IMG/VR virus record: IMGVR_UViG_3300045988_065177
Span: 20,466-84,465 of that record
Origin: a virus
Strand: one strand, 5' to 3'
DNA length: 64,000 nucleotides
The notes beneath the pieces are model-generated. The model saw only the letters and a program-made list of their open reading frames with translations, was not told the DNA's origin and searched no databases. The translations under genes were made by a program, and so were the position numbers. Positions 1-12,394 of the stretch are shown one piece after another. How positions within the stretch are numbered: position 1 is the first letter of the stretch; each line of letters opens with the position of its first letter.

Positions 1-111
1 TGCTACTTAATACCACATCGAATTGATTTATTTCTTCTAGCCTTATCATCAGCTAATTCGATGTTTTTCAAATCATACACTCGTTCGTGCAAATATCCTA
101 CACGTTTCAAT
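1..111 (-). CDS. DGR-type reverse transcriptase, N-terminal fragment; gene runs off the window start
   Basis: Minus-strand frame translates to LKRVGYLHERVYDLKNIELADDKARRNKSIRCGIK(TAG)... The segment VYDLKNIELA..ARRNK resembles the conserved N-terminal 'enL..A...a.kgK' motif of DGR and group II RTs. It lies immediately downstream, in gene orientation, of the DGR template repeat. No ATG in frame (a TTG or GTG start is possible). An in-frame TAG is present. Confidence 0.4.
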
Positions 112-250
112 TTTTTATATATTTCATCGGAAGCGTTCGAGAATTAACCTACTAACACCCTTCATTCAACACTACGTTATCTTTTGCCTAGAGGCAAGGA
201 TATTACTTAGCAAACTAAAAAAAAATAATAAAATGTTTCTAAATATATAA

Positions 251-348
251 TAACTCGACATTGGAATTGGCATTGCTGACGTCATTGTTAGAATTGAAAT
301 AGCTGAGACCTGCATTGCTGCCATTATTCGCGTTGCTGCCTACTAGCA
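251..348 (-). repeat. DGR template repeat (TR)
   Basis: About 98 nt, AT-richer copy of the VR sequences. Every mismatch against VR1 (452-549) and VR2 (29279-29370) falls at an adenine of the TR when read on the minus (gene) strand. The TR lies about 80 nt downstream of the stop codon of the VR1-containing gene. Confidence 0.7.
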
Positions 349-427
349 GTACTTTTTTGCCAATCAACGGTTTTTAGAAGTAATATCCTACGATTTATCA
401 TCTAAATCGATTTTTATATTGTATATC

Positions 428-1600
428 TTAAGATACTCTATTCAGAGTCCTGAACCCGACAAGGGAAGTGGCATTGCCGACGTCAGTGCCAGAATAGAAA
501 TAGCCGAGACCCGCAGTGCCGCCATAATGCGCGCGGCCGCCCACCAGCAGCGTGCGAAGCGCTGTGCTGCTTGCGTTGCAGTAATGGTAATCGCAAATAT
601 AAGTAGTAGCACTTCCTCCAACAGCGGATGGAATTATTTCAGCGGTTTCACCTAAGTCAAATGCCTTAATATAACCATCAGATGCTACTTCGTATCCTGC
701 AACGGTTTTCTCTCCAACTACGTCGGTAAATTCCGATACGTTAGTAGTTGTATAGACAGTGCTAATCTCATTAGCAGCTGCTCTCACTATAACTACTCCG
801 TCCAGGTTAGTCCAAATGTCTCCAAACGGATTATCGAACCCTCTCCAGCGAGGTACTTTAAATGTATGAGTTGCTACTGTATTTGTGCCATCTTGAGCTG
901 TACATTCTGGAATAACTAAATCTTTTACTCCAGTGAAGTTACCAAATTCATTGCAGTAACCACAAGGCGTAAGTGGATATGTTGCATTATATCCTGACCA
1001 ACTTGTAGCTGCGTTAGCCCAATCTGTAACTCCAGGTCCCAAACCCCCTTGATGATATCCATCCGCAGTTAACTCTGCATTATATGCAGCCTAAGAATTA
1101 AAATTAGCATATTCAATGACATAATTCCAGTAGAATATCCATTTGTAATATTCATAGCATAGCAATTCTGAACCAGCATTTGTTGCATATGTTCTCATAG
1201 TAGCTCTAGAAATATTAGTTCTAGGCTTTCCTAAATCACTTCTGAATATATCCTTAGTTTCTAATTCTGTAGTTAGATAATCATCGTAGTTAGCTCTATT
1301 TCCTCCACCTCTAAATGCAGTAGTAGTATTAACTACTGATACAGCTTTTGGAGTTGCGGAGACTGTGGTATCAACTGTACTTCTGTATGCATCTATTAAT
1401 AGTTCAGGAATTTCTACCCATGAATCATCAATTTTGACAGTAGAAGTTCTAACCCATCTTTTGTTTCCATCGCTGCCAGATTTTCCATAAAATTTAGGAG
1501 TATTAACTCTTACTGTTCCATCAGTTCCATCGAGCACAGAAGGAGTACTTCCATCTTCTTTGTAAGCCCAATCGTCCGGATATAAATAGTAATTTACCAC
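428..1600 (-). CDS. Tail-fibre-like DGR target protein, C-terminal part. ORFs 1091..1600 and 428..1042 are joined by a single in-frame TAG at 1091-1093. The gene continues upstream through more TAGs.
   Basis: The two listed ORFs are in the same frame, separated only by TAG and 16 sense codons. The C-terminus ...LVGGRAHYGGTAGLGYFYSGTDVGNATSLVGFR matches the GGxxxxGxxAGxxxx...GFR pattern of the CLec-fold/FGE-like variable regions of DGR targets. A GC-rich island (478-570) corresponds to VR1. The stop codon is TAA at 428-430. Confidence 0.5.
452..549 (-). repeat. DGR variable repeat VR1, at the 3' end of the tail-fibre gene
   Basis: Aligns base-for-base with the TR (251-348). The differences are confined to positions where the TR has A on the gene strand. 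It ends about 20 nt before the stop codon, as is typical for DGR VRs. Confidence 0.7.
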
Positions 1601-4600
1601 ACCGTTATTTGCTACACATCCTCTGTAAGCGGACTAAATAGGGAGGGATTTATGTAATAGTGGATTTCCTATTCTAGTAAGGATAGGAGAAGATACGGTA
1701 ATATCCCATTCTACTCCATAAGAGTATAAGTCTACGTTACTGCTTAACTCTGTGACTTGTTTGCTTAGACTCTATTGTTCTTTTTGTAATTCTTCCCAAG
1801 CAGTATTAAGAGCATTAAATTGTTCCTCTAACTTAGTACTAGTATCTGCCCACTATGCAGTCCCATCTTCAGAAAAGGTTAAAATCTATCCAAGTGTTCC
1901 TCCAGCAGGTATGTGTTTATTTCCAGAAGTAGTTGGGTGTACATAATTATTTGCATTATCTGCAATACCACTAAGTTTCTGTTTTTCAGTTTCTGTGTAA
2001 TTAGCTTCAGAAAGTCCTTTTCCTAATTCTTTATCTACCTTACTTTCCAACTCCGTTTTAGTAGCTAAACCACTTATATCCTAGTGTTCCTTTAAATAAT
2101 TTTCATCATTCTATAACTAAGACACTTTAGTTGGAATGGCACTAGATTTTGCATATGTCTAATCTATAACATTTCCAGAGCCATCATAGGTAGCCTTTAA
2201 GTCATATACGGTTTCTCCAACCTTTATAGATTTGATAGCTGCCATATTATTGTATTATTAAAGTTTCTTCTTCTACATTATGATCTATTCCTTCTATGGA
2301 GGCAGTTAAGTCTTCAACAGCTTTCTACAGTTCAGCCTTGGTAGCGTAGTTCTTTAATGTATCTGGGTCTATTCCAGATCCTCCTATATTTCCTCCAACA
2401 ACTTTTACTGGTTTTGCTGAGTTCTTAAACTACCCTTCAACCCAAATTGTTCCCATACTATTTAAAATATTAATTGTTCATTTTCTCCATCTACCTGTAC
2501 GTTACCAGAACCAGGCTATATTGCATCTATTTTCTTCTACAATTCGTCTACAGCAGCCTTTATTAATTCTTCCACCTCAGCTTTTGTATAGTAGCGTTCT
2601 GTCAGATATTCACTTCTGACATATCCTGTATCCTATATATCTTTTTCTCCATAAGTACAATAGTACGTATCGTTCTCTGTCTTATTATTTTCAACTAAGT
2701 CATCATAATCTGTTTGTGGAAGACATACCAATTTAGGAACCTCTTCTGTAAGAGCAACTTGCTTTCCAGATGCTAATAATCTATTGTCTTCTGTAGTAAG
2801 TTTAACAGAACTTTCAATAGTCTGTTCAGTTGTTTCATCTTCTGAACTTTCTCCAGTTGTTCCCTATTGTACTTCTTTTTCGACAATTTTCTAAATAGTA
2901 ATATCAGAAGTTTCTATAGAGGTTGATTTTAGAAGCTCTGTGCTAAATTCCTTAGAAGCGGCATCCTAATCTTCCTAATATTTCTTCTAGGTAACAAATA
3001 TAAAATCGTCATCACCAGTCTCGGGAGAATCTCCTCTTAAACTTTCTTTTGTCACATACTCCTCTGCTATCTAATCGGAAAGGTCGGTTAATGACTATTG
3101 AGTGGCGTATGTAGATTGAGCATTTTCTTTTGTAAGAAACTTTTCATCTACCTACGAGCTAGTGTAGTATGCTTTAATATCTTCTGTAGTAACGTAGCTT
3201 CCTAGTTTCTATAAACCAGAAACAATTTCATCAATCTATGTCTTTGAGTAATAATTAGTAGCAACCCAGGACTGATATTGATTGGTAGTATGATAATTCT
3301 AATCCAAATATTCCTTAGTAATATAAACCTTTGCATCATTTGTGACGTCATATACATAGTAATATGTATCAGGCTCTACCGTCCCTTCCTCTACTAACTT
3401 TAGATACTCTTCTTCAGTTAATGTTACTAAGTTCGGAATATCCGATTCAGTAGCAATCTAATCTTCACCTATAAATAATCCTTCAGACCTAACGTCTACT
3501 ACTAGCTAGCTCTCTCCCTCTACTACAGGAGATTTTATCTATCCAACAGTGATGCTTTCTAAGGAACCATCTCCATCTACCTTAAGAGTTTTATCTAACT
3601 CGTCTTGGATGGCCTACTAATCTTCCTCATATTCTTTCTTTGTAACGAAGACAAAATCATCTCCTTCCATTCCCTCTCCTCTAAGACTTTCTTTAGTAAC
3701 GAAAATATTGTCTGTTTCTTCCTTAGTATAATACTTAGTCAGGGATAGAGCTAAAGAATCATTAGAGACATAATTAGTAGTTAATTCTTCCAGTGTAGCA
3801 TAATCTGATAGGCTGGCAATAGTGTTATCTAAGTCTGTTCTAATCTATACTACAGTAGTATTAAGGGCCTTCTGTTTTAATTGCTCTTCTATCTTTTTTC
3901 CCCATTCCGCAGATAGGTAAAACTAGTCATCGTCTAAGCTATCCTCATATATATAATAATATGTTTCTGCATGAAGATATGTTTTATCTTCGTCTATAGG
4001 TTTAAAATCTTCTGTGGTATTTTTAGACCATTCCTTATATTCAGCCTCTGTACAGGTGATTATCTAAATAGATTCATAAGAAGCTTTCCAACCTTCTTTG
4101 TATTTAATCTTAGACTTATCTACTAGCATATAAATATTTCCGTTATCTATATTTGAAACGGTCATGCCTTGATAAGCATATTTCTCCGGAATAGAATATA
4201 ATTCGGCTAAATTATCGACTACTGTTCTATTATCAAGAGGTTTAGGAGTTTCTACGGTTAAAGCAACACCTAATGTAGCATCACCTGTATATTTAAATGC
4301 CATTATTGTGATAAAGTAAAGTTAATTTGATGAGGCAATGCTGAAGAATAAGTATCCTTCTTAGTCCATACTTTATAAGGAAATCCATTTATCTATTCGG
4401 TAGAAGTTTCCCAGCCACTTAAATCAACATTTAGGTATCCTAGTCCTCCATCTACTGTAAATGAATTTAGCTAAGTATTACTTCCAGGTAATTTTATAAT
4501 AGCTTTTCCACTTAATGAAAATGTAATAATTCCAGAAGATTGTCCAAATGGAACAAGACTCTATTTGATTAAACTATCTGTATTACCAGAATACCAAGGG

Positions 4601-5892
4601 TAGGTAGCAGTCACCTATGCTGTAGTTGATATTGAACCAGCTTCCACCCTCTTGTCTGTAACCTCTCCCTTGTTGTTAATAAGATATTCTCCAGCAGCAT
4701 AATTTACGGTACCAGAATGCACATAAACACCGATAGAATCATATGTTTCAGATTCTACAGGAGAATCATTATAGGTAATAGTTTCTTCTCTACCAGTTTC
4801 CTCTCCAGCATCATTTTTTATAAATGTTAAAGTAGGGGTAAGTAAAGCGGATCCTACCTCCACAATCTAAGAGGTGAAGCTATAATACAACTAAGGATAA
4901 ACCAAATCTCTAACAACAGTAGGAAATAATAGAGTATCTATAATCTCATTAAACGGCTTTCCTTTCAATTTTTCGACTGTAGTTCCTTGAATAACAGTAG
5001 AAGTAGTATCATCTGGAAGTTCAGTTTGATAAGTGGCTATAGTTTCTAAACTTGTCTATATATTTGTGATATTCTCAGTATTAGAATCTACTTTAGAATC
5101 AGTGTTCTTCTAAGCTTCCTATACTCCCTTAACTTCTTCCTTTACCTCTGTTAGAGATGGTTCCAGATCTTTTACATATATTCCGGGTAGGACTACTGTG
5201 GAAGGTTCTCCTTCCTCCTCTACTGGGGGGATTTCCTACTGAATCAGATGTATTGCATTATCCTCCTACTAGGATAGAATTACTTCTAGAGTATTATCAT
5301 CCTTTATTTCTATGGTTTTGGAGTTTCTCAGACTATTAGTTATCCAATTCTAGATGTTTTTGTCAACATCTATATTTTTGATAGACTCGTTAATATCCTC
5401 TATTGCCTCATTAATCTAGGTTATTTTCTCAGAAAGATTGTTTATGCCAGTTCTGTTAGATTCAATTTCTTCTTCGAGTTCTTCCTTAAGTACAGTAATA
5501 GAAGTTCTGATATTACTTATATCAACTTTTATTTCCTCTATTTCTTCTGTATTAGCTTCGTACTAACTTATAAAGAATAAAGCATAATCTAAGGCATCTT
5601 TTACAGTATTGATATTCTCTGCAACATCACTGGTATAAGTCCATTTCTATTCTATGTACTATACTAAATCTTTCTAGGCTTCTATAGTTCCTTCTATATT
5701 TCCCCAAAGAAGACTCTACTCATCAGCGATACCTAGATTCTTTCTAACCTTAGCTCTTTCTAATTCAGTTCTATATTCTCCAAGATAGTTGTTTCTTAGG
5801 AGAGGTATAGGTTCACTTTTTATTAAATGTCCTTTCTTTCCACAAGGCTTTATATCAGCATTGCTTACCGAAGTGTAAATAGGCTGTATCAT
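1601..5892 (-). CDS. Upstream continuation of the tail-fibre locus: one or more very large TAG-rich structural ORFs. Candidate ATG at 5890-5892, preceded by an AT-rich intergenic stretch.
   Basis: Only short standard-code ORFs are found here (4064..4303, 4615..4863). Hand translation of the minus strand stays open when TAG is read as sense, for example a TAG shortly upstream of 1600 then continues in frame. Plus-strand CTA triplets recur in frame. Confidence 0.25.
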
Positions 5893-6011
5893 TATGATTC
5901 AATAATTGCTATTTAATAAATTCGTGATTATCTAATTTTACGGGTAGGTTAATAAAACAAATTAGATTCAAAATATCCTAATAATCTGGTCTATATCCCT
6001 TTCTAACCCTT

Positions 6012-6776
6012 TTAAGGAAATCCTCATACCTTTTAATAGCCTTTCTTTTAAGAGCATCCACAACCTATATGTTTATGTTCATGGTGATTGTTGCAGAATC
6101 CACCGCAAGTACGGAACATTGCTAACAATCTTTCAGCTTCCATGAATTGTTTAAAGCCTATTAAATAATCTATAATATTAAGTGTCATCCAGATAAAATC
6201 TCTTGCAAATATATCTGCATCATGTTCTCTAGTTAAACACTTATTTAATGAAGAGTCAAAGAGTTTTTTACAGTAGTTAATATAGCACTATTGCAGATTT
6301 CCTGTAAAGAACACATCTACTTTACATTTTTTGATAGTAGTTCCTTCTATATTTCTTTCAAGGATTTCTTTTACAGTACATTCCTCTAGCTCTCCATCTA
6401 TCTCTTTATATAGTTTCTCCCCGTCAGTTATATAGATAGTTTCATAATACTCCTTGTATTCATCAGATGAATTTTCATACCATTTCATATTAGGAAGAAT
6501 TATGTGGTCTACTACATAATATCCATCTTCTTTCACCTTAAATGTACAAGAGTCTAAATCCTCTGTATGGTCATTGAGAAGTACGTCTATCAAAGTAGCA
6601 TCTCCTATACTAACTTTTATGATAGTATTTAGGGTAGCACTTTCACTATACTTATAAGAATCATAGGAAGTTACTACCTCTAAATCTTCATCAATATACT
6701 ATCCATATTCCTTTGAAAAGTCTTCAATAGTTATTTCCCCGTTAATCTGGGTATGTATATCAATACTAAATTCCAT
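6012..6776 (-). CDS. Hypothetical protein, TAG-recoded; includes listed ORF 6288..6593
   Basis: ATG at 6774-6776. The 6288 ORF terminates at TAG (6288-6290) and the same frame stays open down to TAA at 6012-6014. Confidence 0.3.
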
Positions 6777-9700
6777 ATTATAATAATTAAGACTCAGCAG
6801 TAGACCATTGACCATATTGAGCAGGAGTAGAAAATGGTTTCCACTTACCTTCTTGTCGTATACGTCTAGACATAAAAACTGAACTAAATGATAAACTAAT
6901 ATCTTGAGGATAGTCTGTCCATGTATATGACTAACCTTCAGGAGTCGGTGGTAGACTATTTAACTTACCAGCTAGTTCCCCATTCCAATAATAATTATAG
7001 TCATATGCTTTAGTTGGAGTAACAGTTGTTGTTTCATGTCCTTCCGAATCTACATATAAAGGATTTCCTTTCTCATCTGTTTTCTACTTATACTCAATAA
7101 CTGGAGTTATTCCCTCAGTTCTAGTGTATATATTCTAGATAATAGTAGAAACATCACTTGCTACAATCTCATAAATAGTAGTTCCCTGAGATTCATCAGC
7201 TCCCTAGAAAGTAAATTTAGTTCTTTTCCATATGTATGGATTCTCTTCAGTTGGAAGTTCGAAAGTATCAGTCCACTATTTATCAGATAATTTTATCTCA
7301 GATTCTTCAGCAGTATCAGCAGGTAAGTAATGAATCTTAATAATAATATTATTTACCGCTTCACTAGAACCAGAAAGGTCTGACACCTATTTAAATAGTT
7401 TCTTCAAATCCTCTTCCACATTTGATTTGGAACCAGAAGCATTACTAATAATCACTGAACCGTCTGAAATAGGATAAATCTATTGCTAATCCTTATTATA
7501 TACAATTGTTCCAGTTGCCATATTAATGTATTTGTCTTATTTTGTCATTATATGGATTTCCATCATGAAGCTAAGACAACTCTATTTCAGTTCTCTTTTC
7601 TTCTATATCCATTTGTCTATCTTTATATGTAGAATCAGATTGAGCTTTGAGCCAGTTAACCTTATATTCTAACTACATTTTCTGCTGTTCTAATCCTAAT
7701 CTCTACTCATCCAAACTTTCTATCTTCTACTAAGCTTTCTGTAGTTCTTGCTATAACTGCTATGCCTATTGTGAAGTTTCTTCCAGTTTTTCCTATAGCT
7801 ACTATAGCTAATTGTTTTCTTCTTTACGAATCTATACTGCTTTCTTAACCTTATATTTAAGGTCTGTAAGACTCTTAGCAGTTAGTGCTTCAAATATGAT
7901 GTCAGGATCCATTTGCTGACTTTTGACAAACTCTGGAATAATAGCTTTAATAGTTTGTAAATCCTCCATTACCTCAGAGCTAGAAGTTATATGGATGTCA
8001 TAATCAGTAACTGTGAAATATTCTGGAAGTGCTGTAAATATCTGCTAGTATTTATCCCCAAGTATAATAGTACCAGTTAATCCTTTCTTATATGTTATTT
8101 TAGCCTAGTTTAGACTATCCAATAATATCTCACAAGTGATTAGGTCCATCTACTAGAAATAATGCTTAGTTACTATGTAAGAGTTAGTAACACCTTGCTT
8201 AATATTAGTTACAGCATCGTGAGTTTCTATTCCATTTAATCTTTCTCTAAATACTCCAGTTATAGATGATGTAGTTTGTTCTACTGATTGAATTGCTAAT
8301 TCAATAGCCTATACAGCCTAAGCTTTTAAGGTATCATCAAATCCATTGTATATCTAGTTAGGTGCTTGCGCTCCGTCATTTCTCCCTTCCTAAGTAGAAT
8401 CAATCCACATGATACCACCCTTCTTGTATGCTAACCATTTCTACACTCTTTCTGGCCATTTTACGCCTAGGTTAGTAGGAAGCAATGACATATCCATGAT
8501 TACTCCAGCAGTACCGCTGTTAGCTATCAGGTTATCCCTATAATAATTTAACAAGTCATATCTATCCTGTAGATGTGCACACTTTAATATCAGAGAGTAC
8601 GGTTGTTGAGAACGATTTAAGAAATATACCCCATTTACAGACAAAGAGCAGAAATTAGGATTATCTTTTGACCTCATAACAGTCTTGTCTAGACCTCTCA
8701 GAATATATATTTCTTCTCCAATTCTAATGGTGTTGTATCTCTACATTACAAAATCGTCATCAGTTTCTATCCACTCTACATCATAAACAGGGATTAACTA
8801 AAATCTATGAGCACTATATTCATTATCTGGGTATCCAGGAATAGTTTCATGATTCTAGTCTTCATTTACTATAGTACAAGTGTCACCATAAACTCTTCTA
8901 TAAACTGCAGCTGAATCATCAGCTCTCCATTCATCTTTTAGTCTTTTCAAATCTTCTCTAGAGATTTCTTTTCCGTATTTAGCTAATATCTGGCTTTTAC
9001 TCATCCATTTTCTAACTACTACTCTGTACGAATTTCTAACATATGGAGATTCTGGATTCCTATCTACGAAAGTATTTAAAGGATTCAGAACTTCTATTTC
9101 TATGTTAGTTCCAGAGGATGATGATTTTACTCTGAAAAATGTATAGCCAGTAATTAATAAATCTGTAAGTAACTATCGGAGTTTAGTTATTAAGTCGGTT
9201 TCTCTAGACTGCATAATATAATGAATAATATTCTATGCAGCTATCTCATATTGAGAAATAAAAGACTAATCAATGTCTTGAATAATTTTATCTAACTAAG
9301 TCTTCACGGCTTTATCTGTAATATCTTTTCCGTCGATAAATTTCAGAATAGAATTACTTAAATGGTCTCTAAGAAATTTAACTATCCCTTTAGTTATTTC
9401 TAACTATTTTTCTCTGGTGATATTACTAATGGTATCTGAATCCTTACAAGAAATCTTCGGAAGGATAGGGGTTCCTAGATATTCCCCTACTAGAGCATCT
9501 ACGTGCTTTTTTAGTAATGGTGTAAATTCTACAGAAGTAGGACTACCTATTCCGAAGTTTTCTTCCAGGTAACGAAACTATTCTGGGTCTCTCTTTCCGT
9601 TATAGTAATTATAGGCTTTCTATAATTCGTACTTATCATATACAAGCTCCGCAATAGCCTCGTTCGTCTTGTCTATCAGTTCTTTTTCTTTCATAACATA

Positions 9701-9891
9701 AATTATGCTGTTCTGGAGGAAGTTTAGTTGCATTATAGTATTTAACTCTTTGTAACTTCCTACTTCTTAATTCTTCCTTTATAAATGGGAGAAATTCTTC
9801 ATCAGGTAAATCAGCTATAATGACTAAAGGCATCTCTGACCTATCAAAGTTAAACGATACCTTATAACCAACTGGATCTAGGTTCTGAATT

Positions 9892-11322
9892 TCAAGTCCA
9901 CCTATGTATTCCATTTTGTACAAGTCTCTCATATAACCTAGGATCACTTGTTTCAATTCTGTATGGGTCATCGTATTCATTTTTTTGTATGTTAGTTTCA
10001 AAAGTCTTAGAAGTTGGTATAACCCCAAATCTTTTGATTCCCCTCTCGTCGTAATAATAACCATAATCTTGGAATTGTTCAACTTCTTTTTCAACAAGCA
10101 CTGGCTATCTTCCTGACAATTCCTAGTCTGCCAATTCTGTCATTCCTACAGCGGCTACAATATCGAATTTACCTTTATTCTCATCATTATATCCAGTAAA
10201 TTGGTCTAACATTTCTTCAAACCATATAGTATGACAGAAATCCTCAATAAAGGCTGCAGTCAAATCAGTATGTTGTTCTATAATAGTTTTGGTAGCAGGT
10301 GTTCCATACTATTTAGTAGTTCCATTCTTAACGTCTGTTAGAGTAGCTCTAGGTCTTTTCATAAAGTAGTTTAAACAACCCTTTTCTCTAGCCCAGGTAA
10401 TCATACCTACACGGGTAGCTTCTATGTTTATTCTACAATTATAGTATCTAACTAAACACATAGCTATTTTATAGGCTTCTCTAATGTCATTAGGTCTGTC
10501 TTTATACATAGCAACATACTACGGTTCGTTTAGACCAAATGCTCTTCTTTTTATAGTTATACAGAAATCAGAAGGATCTCTTGTTTCTTTTGAAGTTTGA
10601 CTAGCTCCTATATCAATACCGTCTATTCCTGCAACATATAAATCATGCATTTCTTTGTACGCTGGAGATTCAAATTCTTCTCCCCTTTCCTCAGCTTCCT
10701 ATCTAAGTTTATCCATCTACTCTTTATACAAATCAGACCATACAGGATGTTCAAGTATTTTTACTTTTCCGTTAATATTAGGAATCCATTTAAAACCATC
10801 TATATTATCCTAGGTGTGTTTATTATTTTTATAGAAGTAGTCTATGTATCCAGATTCTGGTCTTGGTCCTATTTTCTTAAGTCTTATATTAGCTAACTGG
10901 TCCGCAATAAGAATCTTGTTGAACTTGTTAACACCTTCAAGATTAAATGCTTCTTCTGCATTCCAACATCGTTCGGCACACTTCTTTAGATAGTCGTCTG
11001 GAACTGCTAATAAATTGTCACGCTCTTCCTATAGATACTTTTTATATTCTACTGTATTACATACACCTCTATGGTCCATGTATTCTGAATTTAGAGACTA
11101 GACAAAATATGGAATGAAGAACCCACTTTCAATAGTAGTTCCGTCCTGTGTATAATTGTGTCTAAATGGAAGAACCTTGTAAGCTTTTGGATTGTAATAT
11201 ATCTTCTTAAGACCTGCTAATGGAGCACCCATATCTCCCGATGTGTTATCGTACAGCTTTTTATCCGTACTTCTATAGCTTCTTATTCGCTATAGTCCAG
11301 CATACCTTTTCACCCACTTATT
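9892..11322 (-). CDS. terL: Terminase large subunit, C-terminal nuclease-domain segment (TAG-recoded)
   Basis: Hand translation in the frame of ORF 9892..10101 gives ...YVAGIDGIDIGASQTSK...DFCITI...YVAMYKDRPNDIREAYKIAMCLVRYYNCRINIEATRVGMITWAREKG..., a typical RNaseH-like terminase nuclease signature. The frame is open from an in-frame TGA at 11323-11325 down to TGA at 9892, with several in-frame TAG. It includes listed ORFs 10309..10509 and 9892..10101. Confidence 0.4.
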
Positions 11323-11377
11323 TCAGTTGGGGTGTCGAACACTCTTGGGCATATTATATTTATTCAATGCCTATGCG

Positions 11378-12289
11378 TTACGATAACCCAAAGCCTTTCG
11401 CAATCTCTGAGTTTATCTCGGGATTAACATCACAGTCTTCCCCGATATTGCTCGATAATCTTCTAGAAGATTCCTCTTCTAGACGGCAGAACTCTAAAAA
11501 CTTTTCGTATTTTCTATCTAAATATATGGTAGCATTTTCATATAAATATCTAGCTAATCTTCTAGACGGTATATCGGAAAATTTTAATTCAAATGCTTGA
11601 TTAGTATAATTTTCAGTACTTTTATTTCTGATATATCCTTTATTAGAAAATAAACAATTTATTGAAGTTAAGAAAGATTTAGTACCTACTATCGTAAGTC
11701 TTGTTCTTAATTTATCACCATCTTTAGATATTGTTAAACATCCATCCCCGTCAACATAACCTCTAATAAAATGTAATATATTTACTGTATTTTTAAATAA
11801 TTTCAAATTAGGAAATGCCAGAGTTAATGACTTCTGTGGGACACATCCCAATCTATTTAATGTATTCCATAAATGCTTGTTGCGAACAGATAAGTGACAG
11901 AATTTAATTCCGTTAGTTTCTCCGATTCTAATTTCTGTTGTTAATTGAAGGAATTTTCTAAATTTCTCTAAATGATCCTTATCTTTTAAAGATAATCTTA
12001 TTTCTACTCTATTACCCTCTTTAGAAATATTTCCATCTGCATACATGAATCCTAACCAGTAGAACTATTCTTCTGTATTCATAATGTCAAAACAATTCTC
12101 ATTCAATCTACATTTATTTTGTTGGTTAATTATTTCATAACCCCATTTTTTAAATCTTTCCGATAAAGTTTGACGTTTAATATTATATTTGCTACCAAGT
12201 TTTGTCAAACTTCTTGCTTCTTCTGGAGTATTCAAATACTCTTCTAAAGCTTTTTTACAAATTTCATCAATTTCTCCACTTGTTCTCAT
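11378..12289 (-). CDS. LAGLIDADG homing endonuclease with N-terminal HTH domain; in-frame TAG at 12065-12067 joins ORFs 12065..12289 and 11378..12046
   Basis: Motifs W-LGF-MYADGNIS (motif 1, immediately after the TAG) and FIRGYVDGDGCLTI (motif 2). The N-terminal 74 aa look like a helix-turn-helix. The two listed ORFs are in the same frame, separated by TAG and 6 codons. AT-rich promoter-like DNA lies upstream at 12290-12394. Confidence 0.65.
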
Positions 12290-12394
12290 AATATAAAAAT
12301 TTACTAGTTATTATTCAACTATAATTAAAAATTTTATATATTATAAGTACTGGAGGAGTAATATTAAATTAGTGTAATTAATACGAAATTTTTA

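Noticed and set aside
250-570. Repeated GC-rich roughly 95-nt units considered as a CRISPR array or an IS-element inverted repeat
   Set aside because: There are only three copies. They are not regularly spaced and have no unique spacers. Two are in-frame coding sequence, and the differences are adenine-specific. This fits DGR TR/VR, not CRISPR or IS termini.
1752-1946. Plus-strand ORF of 64 aa inside the tail-fibre region
   Set aside because: It is antisense to a continuous TAG-recoded minus-strand frame and has no start context. It is spurious.
1600-10000. Apparent 8 kb non-coding desert (very few standard-code ORFs)
   Set aside because: This is not non-coding. The minus strand stays open over long stretches when TAG (CTA on the plus strand) is translated, and the products look like phage structural proteins. 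The emptiness is an artefact of using genetic code 11.
11220-11600. Plus-strand ORF of 126 aa
   Set aside because: It is antisense to the LAGLIDADG endonuclease 3' end and the terminase nuclease segment, with a low-complexity translation.
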